The notes under the pieces: model-generated
What the model was told of the DNA's origin: nothing
The model's database searches: none
The model's input: the letters and a program-made list of their open reading frames with translations, nothing else
Program-made: the position numbers and the translations under genes
Source: Octopus sinensis
Lineage: Eukaryota
NCBI RefSeq assembly: GCF_006345805.1
Contig: NW_021836870.1
Coordinates: 1 to 37,104 of the forward strand
DNA: 37,104 bases
Direction: 5' to 3'
Shown: positions 1 through 10,143 of the stretch, in pieces
How positions within the stretch are numbered: the stretch's first letter is position 1
How the letters are laid out: every line of letters begins with the position of its first letter

Positions 1-22
1 GTTTCTACCAACTCGCCGCCTT
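1..22 (-). mobile_element. 5' head of a tRNA-derived (Meta-type) SINE running off the left window edge
   Basis: Reverse complement aaggcggcgagttggtagaaac matches the SINE head at 2334-2355 (aaggcggcgagctggcaaaaac). Confidence 0.55.
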
Positions 23-51
23 AAATTTGAAATTATTATTGATGCAGTATC

Positions 52-252
52 AAGGCAGAATCGTTAGCACTCAGGACAAAATGCTTAGCAGTATATCGCC
101 TGTCGCTAAGTTCAAATTCCGCCGAAGTCGATTTTGCCTTTCGTCGTTTCGAGGTCGATAAACCAGATACCTATGAAATCCTGAGATCGTTGTAATCGAT
201 TAGTCTCTTCACCGCGAATTTCAGGCTTGTGCCTTTAGTAGAAAAGATTATT
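52..252 (+). mobile_element. Degenerate tRNA-derived SINE (Meta-domain-like core)
   Basis: B-box-like aagttcaaattcc followed by gtcgattttgcctttcgtcgtttcgaggtcgataa; homologous to the copies at 1145-1537 and 2337-2949. Confidence 0.75.
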
Positions 253-470
253 AGTGCAGTACCGGACTTCAACAGCGGTTATTTTTTTTAATTGGCTAAT
301 TTTGAATTTTGCAGTTTGATTGTAGTTTGCCGCGCAGCTGCTTTCTTTCGGTTTTTGTGACGTACACGTCGCACGGTACCAGTTTCAGCATGACTGTGCT
401 AGTGTACAAGTAACCCTCTCACAGATACGTGTTTATTTGTGTGAATTTATTATAATCTTCATTCGTAACC

Positions 471-1070
471 ATGTCGAAAAGATCGGAAGAAATGCATTTT
501 GCTAATCAAAAAGCGAAATGGGAACACTTAGCATTCAGTGTTACTACGTGAGCAGAATTACTCAAGGGACTCGATAAAGATGCCTCAGGGTGGCTTTTGG
601 TGAGGAATATGGGGTCTGTATGTCTGCTATTTATGATATCGATAAACCGAAAGAACACATAAGTTCTACGGTGACATTGACTCATATGTCTAAATTAATG
701 GACAAACTTTATACAGGTCGAAGGGAACTGAGGTGGACAGATCGTTGCTTGAGTGGACCAGGTAGCGTCGATGTGGACAGAACATTTCTTGAGTGGACCA
801 AACAGCGTCGGAATGAAAAATGTTCACTTACTCTTTCCAGTACAATGGGCAAAACTAATTTTTTTCACGACGAATTAAAATTGACAATTCCACCCGAATA
901 TTCACCTGGGTGGTTCAACAGAATTAAACAAACTCTACGAAGCTGCAGAAGGGTAATTAAATGAATTTGCTAAACTGGTTTCTAGTACAGGACACTCCTT
1001 CTCCTGAACGAGTGTATAATGCAGATAAAGCTTCCTTATTCGGGCATGGCATACCAAGGAAAATGTTAAT
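471..1070 (+). pseudogene. pogo/Tigger-like DNA transposase remnant (CENP-B-type HTH plus start of DDE domain)
   Basis: Translates to DVDRTFLEWTKQRRNEK and YSPGWFNRIK (resembling the CENP-B HTH patterns LxxWFxxxR and SxGWLxRFK), then PERVYNADKASLF (pogo 'IFNxDETGLF'). Frameshifted and truncated. Confidence 0.7.
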
Positions 1071-1144
1071 TTTCACGCTATATACATTATATACTTGATA
1101 CGTGGTACAGTATAATACATTTTAAGAATTTTATGTGGACTGGT

Positions 1145-1537
1145 AAATCCTTTCCACTGGAAGCACAAGGTCACAAATTTGGGGAAAGGGATTAAGTCAA
1201 TTACATCGACCCCAGTGTGTAACTGGTACTAATTTTATCGACTCTGAAAGGCAAAATCGACCTCGGTGGAATTTGAACTCAGAACGTAAAGACAGACGAA
1301 ATACCTATTTCTATACTACCCACAAGGGGCTAAACACAGAGGGGACAAACAAGGAGAGACAAACGTATTAAGTCGATTATATCGACTCCAGTGCGTAACT
1401 GGTACTTATTTAATCGACCCCGAAAGAATGAAAAGCAAAGTCGACCTCGGCGGAATTTGAACTCAGAACGTAACGGCAGACGAAATACGGTTACGCATTT
1501 CGCCCGGCGTGCTAACGTTTCTGCCAGCTCGCCGCCT
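1145..1537 (-). mobile_element. Head-to-tail dimer of the Meta-type SINE
   Basis: Minus strand: full head (aggcggcgagctggcagaaacgttagc), core and tail, the junction gaaataggtatttc (plus strand 1298-1311), then a second unit lacking the A-box with a different tail. Confidence 0.85.
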
Positions 1538-1698
1538 GAAATAAATACCAGCTAGAACCTGCTTTAAAAGTATATCTGATAAATACAATTTTTTTTTCGT
1601 CGAAAACCGACAAATCCAAAATTTCAGAACGCTTCCAATCCTAAGTTTGCCGGATATATTGTTCCGGATCTTGATAAAATTTTTTTCACTACAGTTGC

Positions 1699-1713
1699 TG
1701 TGTGTGTGTGTGT

Positions 1714-1768
<55 letters not shown>

Positions 1769-1818
1769 GTGTGTGTTGTGTGTGTGTGTCGTGTGCGTGT
1801 GTGTATGTTTGTGTGTGT
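1699..1818. repeat. (GT)n microsatellite
   Basis: Direct reading; source of the Cys/Val ORF artefacts. Confidence 0.95.
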
Positions 1819-2189
1819 TTATAAGTACAAATTATATTGCGGAAAGAAAATTAATACTGGGTCAAAGAATCCCCCCCCCCAAAAAAAAAAACAGGGTACA
1901 CCAACTCCACCACCCCAAAAAGAGGTGTGCTGAGACCGATTAAAACATGACATTCTACTTAGTATATAGAATATGATACACAAGAATGGTAAGGCCCTCA
2001 AGTATAGTTCGGTATGATGAAAAATTATTTAACGCACTGAAAAATTAAAAACTTTATATTGTTGTTGTTGCTTAGCCCAAACTCCTCACTGATGGGGGTC
2101 AATCTATCTTACGATGAAAGGTATTCCCATTTTTTTCTTTCTAAATATTTATATCTAGAACCATATAATTTATAATTCTCCTTTTTAAG

Positions 2190-3110
2190 ACGGTAGCGTG
2201 TGATTTCAAGATTTAACTGATAATTTTAACTTCAAAAGTTTCACATGATTCCAGGTTCAATCCCACTGCTTACCACTTGCAATCCCACGAGCTTACCAAA
2301 GCCTTGTGAGTGGATTTGGCTAACAGAAACTGAAAGGCGGCGAGCTGGCAAAAACGTTAGCGCGCCAGGCGAAACGCCTAGCGGTATTTCGGCTGCCGTT
2401 ACGTTGTGAGTTCAAATTCCACCGAGGTCGACTTTGCCTTTCATCCTTTCGGGGTCGATAAATTAAGTACCAGTTACGCACTGGGGTCGATGTAATCGAC
2501 TTAATACCTATGTCTGTCCTTGTTTGTCCCCTCTGTGTTTAGCCCCTTGTGGGTAATAATGAAATAGGTATTTCGTCTGCCGCTACGTTGTGTTCAAATT
2601 CCGCCGAGGTCGACTTTGCCTTTCATCCTTTCGGGGTCGATTAAATAAGTACCAGTTACGCACTGGGGTCGATATAATCGACTTAATCCGTTTGCCTGTC
2701 CTTGTTTGTCCTCTCTGTGTTTAGCCCCTTGTGGGTTGCAAAGAAATAGGTATTTCGTCTGCCGCTATGTTCTGAGTTCAAATTCCGCCGAGGTCGACTT
2801 TGCCTTTCATCCTCTCGAGGTCAATAAATTAAGTAGCAGTTACGCTCTGGGGTCGATGCAATCGACTTAATCCCTGTGTCTGTCTTTGTTTGTCTCTCTA
2901 TGTTTAGCCCCTTGTGGGCTAAACATAGAGGGGACAAACACAAGAAATAAGAAACTGAAAGAAGCCCGTCGAATGTGTTTGTGTGTCATTGTATATATGT
3001 TTGTCCCCCAACCATCATTTGACAACAGCTGTTAGTGTGTTTACTTCTCCGTAACTTAGCGGTTCGCATAAGAGATCGATAGAATTAGTACTACGCTTTG
3101 CAAATAAAAA
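2190..3110 (+). mobile_element. CORE-like tRNA-derived SINE split by the SINE trimer (parts about 2190-2336 and 2950-3110)
   Basis: ggttcaatcccactg B-box and gccttgtgagtggatttgg before the insert; gaaactgaaagaagcccgtcg and cgtaacttagcggttcg resume after it. Homologous to copies at 32500-32645 and 35345-35790. Confidence 0.7.
2337..2949 (+). mobile_element. Meta-type SINE trimer (one headed unit plus two A-box-less units, period about 183 bp) with 12-bp TSD
   Basis: Units start ggtatttcg at 2383, 2567 and 2749. Flanked by agaaactgaaag at 2325-2336 and 2950-2961. Confidence 0.9.
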
Positions 3111-3178
3111 ATTGAAAAGAAAATTATATTTTTCTCAAATTATTATTTTCTTTTATATTTACTTTTATATTTTTTCAG

Positions 3179-3270
3179 ATGAATCTAATTTCCCAAAAGC
3201 ATCGATGATGTCCGTTTTCCTTCCGGCCCTTGTACTGGGAACTTTCATGCAAACCCACGGATCTGCTTGA
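3179..3270 (+). CDS. Putative terminal coding exon of a host gene (hydrophobic, GPI-signal-like C-terminus)
   Basis: Long T-rich tract ending ttttcag at 3178. Only one frame stays open: (D)ESNFPKASMMSVFLPALVLGTFMQTHGSA*. AATAAA follows the stop at 3276. No homology evidence. Confidence 0.35.
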
Positions 3271-3573
3271 ATAGTAATAAAGAGGGAACATCCCGTCCTT
3301 ATGACCAATGAAGTGAATGCTTAAATGCTACCAAGTCTTTTTTTCTTGTTATTTCAAATATTTAACAACATTTTAGTCTAACCAATATCAGAGCATGCCT
3401 CGTCTATGCAAAAGAACTGAATGGGTTGCGGCAGCTGGAAACAGGGAGCCAGTTGTAATGAAAATTGGATTGTAACATAGTAAGGTGTACGACATATAAA
3501 TCTCAAATAAGCATTAGAAATCTTGTCCTCCCCTACCATTCAAATGCACACACACACGCACACACACTCACAC

Positions 3574-4121
3574 GATGCAGTACCAGGCAGTGACTCTAAT
3601 GGCCTCTGATCTTAAGTGATTGGAAGTGTTATCATGTACATTGTTTTGTCTTGGTATAAAAGATGGGGCTACAGCAAATATTCTGCTCAGTATCACAGAT
3701 TTGCTTGTCAGTTGTTTGACCTTAACCAGTTGAGCATGTCCCTTAGTAGCTGACGATGCGTGCATCCCTGATCACGAGCAGAAGTGGTGGGGGAGCATCA
3801 TAGCCACATGTTGAAAGCAATTCTCTGGGGTTTGGATAATTCACCTTTGGAAACATGGGTGTTTCGTTCAAGATCCTTAAACAGCCCTTATTCAGGGACT
3901 TTTTGAACGGGATGGGCTACTCAACCTGAAGAAAATTCTGACTACGCCCCACCTGCAAGGTCATGCGCTGCTATTCTTGATATGAGATCATGTCACGCAC
4001 ATATTGTTGTGATGCATGTGCTTGGTGTACCCTTATCAGACGGGTAGTCATGATGGGTATACTGGGCTACGTATATTTTTACCCCAGTGTCACTTTGATG
4101 GCATGCACTGCTCTCTCACTC

Positions 4122-4160
<39 letters not shown>
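3574..4160 (+). mobile_element. About 550-bp non-coding interspersed repeat ending in an (AAT)n tail (likely non-autonomous retroposon)
   Basis: Begins after (CA)n and ends ...ctctcactc(aat)n. Its first 42 bp recur inverted at 4158-4199. I recognise it as resembling an abundant octopus repeat (unverified). Confidence 0.55.
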
Positions 4161-4164
<4 letters not shown>

Positions 4165-4198
4165 CCAATCAGTTAAGATCAGCAGCCATGAGAGCCAC

Positions 4199-4234
<36 letters not shown>

Positions 4235-4239
4235 TACTT

Positions 4240-5771
4240 TTTTTTCTTCTTCTTTCAAATTTGCTATCATTTCTTGCCGAGTGTCTTCCTAGGGCAAAGA
4301 AACTCATAGTATACATTGGTAGGCCATTAAACCAAACTCAGTAGTTCGTTCATTTTTTTATTATTTTTTTTTTTTTAAGTTAAATTAAAATACATGAGCA
4401 GCAACAGTTCTCACATCGACAATGCTCTTCTCAATACGTGTGATGTACCAATTAAGACAATCTTTTCCACTTCTTGCAGGGATGGTAAGCCAGGGATCAT
4501 TCTCATAATTTTCGGTTCCCTTCTTGATCATTCCTAGTGCTCCTACGATCACTGGTATTGTAACCGCCTTGAGATGCCACATTTTCTCAATTTCAATGAG
4601 TAGGTCTTTATATTTTCTGAGCTTGTCAAACTCTTTCGCTGAGATATTATGATCACAGGGGATGCTCATGTCGATCAATAAGCAAACTTTATTGTTTTGG
4701 TCTTTCACAACAATATCTGGTTTATTGGCCTTGATGGTTCGGTCTGTATGTACTGGAAAGTCCCACAGAATGGTTACATTTTCTCCTTCAGTTACAGCCT
4801 CAGGGTGGTGATTATACCACTTGTCGGCAGTTTTGATATTGTAATGCCGACTTATTAGCCAGTGGAGATATTGGCCAACTCTATCATGTCTTAATTTATA
4901 CTCCACTGGTGCTAAGACTTTACATCCAGAGATTAGGTGGTTCACTGTTTCAATCATGTCGTTGCAGAATCGGCATTTTGGGTCTGCTCCATTTTTCATC
5001 ACATTGGCCTGGTAGTTCCGAGTTAATAGGCTTTGATCTTGAGCAGCCAGGATGAAACCTTCGCTCTCTGCTTTTAGCCCTGAGCTCCGTAGCCACTGAT
5101 GGGTTTGCTTCTGGTCAACATCAGCTTGTTTGCTGCGGGTCACATATTTGCCGTGCAGAGGTTTCTCCTCCCACCTATCAGCCAATTGCTCGTGCGCTTT
5201 TTTCATTGCCATCATTTTCACCTTCTTTGCAACAATAGTTGTTCAGTTTGGGTATCCTGCACGAGATCAATAGCAAATTTTTTGCTTTCCTTTATGATAG
5301 AATGAAGCTTCTTTCGTCTCTCGTGATTTTCCACGAGCTTTAGCATCCAGTCATTCGATATTTCGAGATATTTGGCCAGTCCAATTGTGGTTGTTTTGTA
5401 AGCTAGTTCAAATTGGATCAGGCCTCGACCTCCTTGGGCTCTGGGAAGGTAAAGGCGATCTACGTCTGCTTTAGGGTGGTGCATCCTATTACAACTCAGC
5501 AGCTTGCGTATTTTCCTATCTATATTCTTTACTTCACTCATATTCCAGTTCAACACATTGTAGCTATAAGTAACAACTGGAACTGCTAAGGAATTTATAG
5601 CTAACACCTTGTTACGTGCATTTAGTTCAGATTTCAGGACTGATTTTCTCTTTCATGCTTGCATGCTGAATACCAGAGCCTTCATTTATCCCTAAATATT
5701 TGTATGTTTGTTCTTGCTCAAGCTCTCTTATGACTGTGTCAACATCTAACACGACTGAATTTGTGGTCTTC
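4240..5771 (-). mobile_element. R4/Dong-clade non-LTR retrotransposon, 3' fragment A (RT thumb, CCHC knuckle, restriction-like endonuclease, 3' UTR)
   Basis: YKYLG, MHHPKADVDRLY..GGRGL, PLHGKY, CRFC..ETVNHLISGC, RHD, KPDIVV..LIDMSIP. The 3' UTR runs into (TAA)n on the element strand (4198-4232). Confidence 0.92.
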
Positions 5772-6960
5772 TTGTGGTTTTCTTTGTCTATTTCTTTTGC
5801 GTTTAGTCTAGTCCAGTATTTACCATGAAGGGGCTTTTCTTGCCATCGTTTTATCATGGTTCGTTGCTGTTCTATTTTTAGTTTGGATTTCATTTGTTTT
5901 ATAGCTTTTGTTGTTTCTTTATCTTCTTCTTCTTCTTCTTCTTCTTCTTCTTCTTCTTCTTCTTCTTCTTCTTCTTCTTCTTCTTCTTCTTCTTCTTCTT
6001 CTTCTTCTTCTTCTCTTCTTCTTCTTCTTCTTCTCTTCTTCTTCATATTTATTAGGTGTTATGATTTCTTGTTTGTATTTGTCAGCTTCCTTAAATACTG
6101 AGAACAGTTTTTGTTTTGCTCGTGTTTTGCCGCTATTTGTATCAGTTTTCCTTCCTTCTGAAGTAGATATTTTTGCAGTCCTATGGTGGTTATTTTATAG
6201 TAGTTTTCCAGTTGTATAAGGCCTCTACCACCTTCTATACGTTGTATATATAGTCTTTCTATGTCAGATTTTGGGTGATGCATCCTAGATCCTGTCATTA
6301 TTTTTCTTGTTTTCCTATCTATTTTGGTCAGTTCATTTAGTGTCCAGTTAAGGATATTGTAGCTGTAACTTATAACTGGGACAGCTAAAGTGTTAATACC
6401 TATTATCTTGTTTTTAGCATTGAGCTCTGTTTTTAGTATTGATCTAACTCGTCTATAATATTCTTTTTTATTTTCTCTTTCATTTGTGTGTGTTGTGTCT
6501 TATCTAGTTCATGGATTCCTAAGTATTTGTAAGTTTGGCTTTGGTCTAATTCTTTTATTTCATTGGTTTTATCTAGTGTGATGTTGCTACTCTTAACTAG
6601 TTTTCCTCTTTTCATGGTTACTTTGGCGCATTTTTCTAATCCAAATTTCATATCTATTTCTTTGGTAAATCCATGAACTGTCTTTAATAGTGTTTCCAGC
6701 TGTTTGTCATTCGCAGCGTATAGTTTTAGGTCATCCATATATAAAAGGTGGCTGATCGTTTTGCCGTAATATTTATATCCTCATCCAGTTCTATTTAGCA
6801 TATCAGATAGAGGTGACAGTGCCAAGCAGAAAAGGAGTGGAGAAAGCGTGTCTCCCTGGAATATTCCTCTTCTAATGGGGATGTCTTTGGTTTTCATGAG
6901 TCCCTCTTTTGTTTGGAGGTGTAGCACTGTTTGCCATTTATTCATAGAGTGCCCTATGAA
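5772..6960 (-). mobile_element. R4/Dong-clade fragment B (RT domains 4-7 through PLHGKY), a different, more AT-rich subfamily than A
   Basis: RGIFQGDTLSPLLF, HLLYMDDLKLYA, KFGLEKCA, YKYLG, MHHPKSDIERLY, PLHGKY. Its 5' end abuts a (TAA)n tract. Confidence 0.9.
5922..6043. repeat. (TTC)n / (GAA)n expansion inside fragment B
   Basis: About 40 units; reads as poly-Glu on the element strand. Confidence 0.95.
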
Positions 6961-6971
6961 TTTTATAATTG

Positions 6972-7000
6972 TATTTATTATTATTATTATTATATTATTA

Positions 7001-7079
<79 letters not shown>

Positions 7080-7161
7080 ATTATTATTATTATTATTATT
7101 ATTATATTATTATTATTATCATCATCATCATCATCATCATCATCATTATTATTATTATTAT
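6972..7161. repeat. (ATT)n-(ATC)n-(ATT)n compound microsatellite
   Basis: Direct reading. Confidence 0.95.
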
Positions 7162-8189
7162 TGCAATTTTTATCCCCTCTACTCCTTTCTTTCTCTCTCT
7201 CTCTCTCTCTCCTGCGCGCGCGCGTGTGTGTGCGTGTGTGTGTGAATAGGAGTTATTTGATAAAAGATATCAGAAGAAGAATGGTAAAACGCGAAATTAC
7301 GTGTGTATTAAAATTGGATAAGCAAGGAAATAATAAGTTTCTTTTTCAGTAAAACCAGAAATTTGTTGAAAAGGACATTTGGTGTGTCACATGACCATAT
7401 GTAGAAAGAAATAAAGAAAGAAATATACGCATGCCTATACAGTGTTTTGAGTTTTCTCTATTATTTTTCCTTTGTGTGTGTGTCGTTGTTGTCTGTTATT
7501 GAACCACAATTCCGCTGTGACTGAGAACACCTCTGATCATATGAACAGTAACAATCACGCCATTTTTGCAGACATAGCGCATCATATCTAGAACTGAATT
7601 ATCCAACGGATCTGTTTTGCTGAGGTGGTAAGATGGTATTTGATGGATATTTTATAGGGGCTCAGTATTTATTTTCGCTTTCTGATGAGCACAAAGAAAG
7701 CTGCACTTGGCTGTCCAGTTTCATTTGGAAGCTTTAGGTACAAGGGCATGACATCTCCACAATAAAATGAAAAATTGTCCTGTAGATTATGTACATATAG
7801 ACTTTTCTCTGAGTTTTCTTGTAATAGAGCAGTATTTCACAGGGCTTATTTCAATAAATTACCTCGAAAAACAGCGTCTGAGGAATTGAGGTGATAACTC
7901 TTTGGCGAATGGAAGTTAATTATTTACATAAATACTAAAGCTTTATACCTTTCAGCAATTTATACTCGTTGCATGCAGCAATTTTCATTACATGACCTGG
8001 TTCGTCCAACTCAGAACTAAACTTCACGAAGACTAACAATGACCCAGTTTTTAAGTCACATGTGACTAAACATTCACTTATGTGATCGATTAAACATGTG
8101 TTCGAGTGTTCCCATCAAACTCAGAGTAAAGACCGTATAACACAGTAACTGTCTAACTGTAACACACACGCACGCCTACACACACACAC

Positions 8190-8190
<1 letters not shown>

Positions 8191-8230
<40 letters not shown>

Positions 8231-8275
8231 TAATAATAATAATAATAAATAATAATAATAATAATAATAATAATA
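8191..8275. repeat. (AAT)n microsatellite preceding the R4/Dong 5' half
   Basis: Direct reading. Confidence 0.95.
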
Positions 8276-10143
8276 CACCGGGGATCGTTTAAGATGTAAG
8301 AAGGAAAAAACAGAGCTCCGAAATCTATCCACAAACATCGAAAACAAGGACATCGTATGGAGCCAAAGATTTACTAACAAAGGATTTGACTGTATCCGAG
8401 TAAGTAATACTAATTGAAATTTATAACTATTTTCGAAACGAAATGACGTATTTTGACTCGATATCATCTCCACCTCTAACACAACACATGTAAACATGCG
8501 TGGTACATTACGATCCATCAACAGATCATCCCCGACCCCAAACACCATGTACAAAGGAACTACGAAGAAATTAAATGCCACCGATATTATTCAACCCAAG
8601 AATAACAATCGAACGGTACGTACTTTCAACTTACAACACAAAATGTACGAAAAACTACACGTGCAAAACAATGTGACAATAGAAATGAACGGGCCGGTAC
8701 CCTACGAAAATGACGACCGTCAAAATAATGGGCCGGACGTTGTTCCTCATGTCCCGCAAATAAAACCCAAAAGATATAAATGGACACGTGAGGAATACAT
8801 TTCTATCTTACACGCATACTTCACAGCAGTGCTCTACCCAAAAAATGAAAACACAACAACACATACATATAAAATATGGAAGGAAAATAACATAAATATA
8901 GACTTGGATACAGCAATGAACCCTAATAAATTAGCTAACGTACGAAGATACATTCTCAACGCAAAAAAAATATCAGAAATAGAAATAGAACATCTAAAAG
9001 AAAAAATACACCAGGAAAATGTAGATAGAAGCCACACAACAATGCCCAATAATATAAACACTGAAACAGTAAAACACGAAGACAAACGTAACATTCCCAA
9101 CAAACACGATGTAAACAACGAAGGGGAGCCTAATGATTATGATAATATAAAAAATAAAATAATCAAAGAACTGAAAACCACAGAGCTCAAAATGGACCAC
9201 CGACCATACCTCCCAAGAATCAAAATAGACGAAATAACAACACCAATTATAAACAGCATAAACCTAGCCGTCACGGAACTAATAGCCACTGAAACAAAAA
9301 GCGATATCACTGAGCTAAATGACTTAGTATACGCAGCAGCAACTGCAGCCACAAAAGAAACTGGATACTCACTCAAACCCATCCAAACAGGAGTACCACC
9401 ACCCAAACAAACTCTGTGGATAAATAACATCCAAAACAAAATACAAAGATGAGAAAAGATCTGTCGATTCTTAATGAAATCAGCAGACAATCAACGCTAC
9501 TGAGCAACAAAAAGAAAACAAAAATACTCCGCAAATATAACATCACAGAAAAAGATTTACCTGAGATAAAAGAAAAGCTGAAGCAAGATATCCTTGCCAA
9601 AGCACAAAGGATCCGCCGGTACGAGAAACGCCAGCGTTTCTTTGAACAAAACAAAAAGTTCAACTCCAACACCAAAAAGTTCTACCAAGAACTTGGCAAA
9701 AATAAAATAGAAATCACTGCAGCACCAACGGCAGAAGAAGTGGAAGAATTCTGGAAAGAAATATGGTCGGCGAACGAACAGCCAAAAAAAAGGAGTATCA
9801 AAATAACAAACTCGGCATCTGAACAACTTTGGACCCCCATAACAACTGAAGAGGTCACCCAGGCACTGCAAAGACTAAGCAACTGGAAGGCACCTGGGCA
9901 TGACAAGATCCCCAACTTCTGGTTGAAATATCTAACAGGAATGCACAAAAAGCTGGCTGAAAACTCTAACAACATACTAGCAGAGCCAGAGACAATGCCT
10001 GAATGGCTCACGAAGGGGAAAACCATCTTAATTCCCAAATCAAATGGGACAGCAAAACCAGAAAACTACAGACCAATAACCTGTCTCCCTACAATGTTCA
10101 AGGCATTTACTGTAGTGATATCGCAAAGGTTGAGCAGGCACCT
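8276..10143 (+). mobile_element. R4/Dong-clade LINE, 5' half (N-terminal Myb-like region through start of RT); one frameshift near 9450; 3' truncated
   Basis: ORFs 8496-9452 and 9449-10143: RYKWTREEY, RIRRYEKR..QNKKF, NWKAPGHDKIPNFWLK, PEWLTKGKTILIPK, NYRPITCLPTMFK. Confidence 0.9.

Noticed and set aside
255-1145. Terminal inverted repeats for the pogo-like remnant
   Set aside because: Only 4-nt cagt/actg matches; not convincing.
1647-1943. Cys/Val-rich ORFs, and likewise the poly-Ile/Tyr, poly-Ser/Leu and His/Thr ORFs at 5856-6219, 6848-7249, 13768-14016, 20103-20318, 31590-32000, 32430-32823 and 35423-36052
   Set aside because: They are translations of microsatellites.
2383-2930. Regularly spaced repeats superficially like a CRISPR array
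   Set aside because: Whole 183-bp units are homologous (no unique spacers), there are no cas genes, and the context is eukaryotic SINE.
3750-3785. CTGACGA..GAAG hammerhead-like string
   Set aside because: GAAG instead of GAAA, bulged stem II, no stem III or cleavage triplet.
7682-7700. CTGATGAG..GAAA hammerhead-like string
   Set aside because: No stem II pairing (gcacaaa) and no stem I or III.
8054-8067. 14-bp perfect palindrome agtcacatgtgact (E-box-like)
   Set aside because: About two 14-bp palindromes are expected by chance in 37 kb (37104/4^7); no supporting context.
8274-8417. 47-codon stop-free frame and GTAAGT donor in the R4 leader
   Set aside because: No ATG or upstream acceptor, and the nearest AG (8524) would not join in frame to the ORF.
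5772-10143. Fragments B (minus) and the plus-strand 5' half as one twin-primed, inverted insertion
   Set aside because: They are separated by 1.3 kb of unrelated sequence and each has its own (TAA)n flank; independent insertions are simpler.
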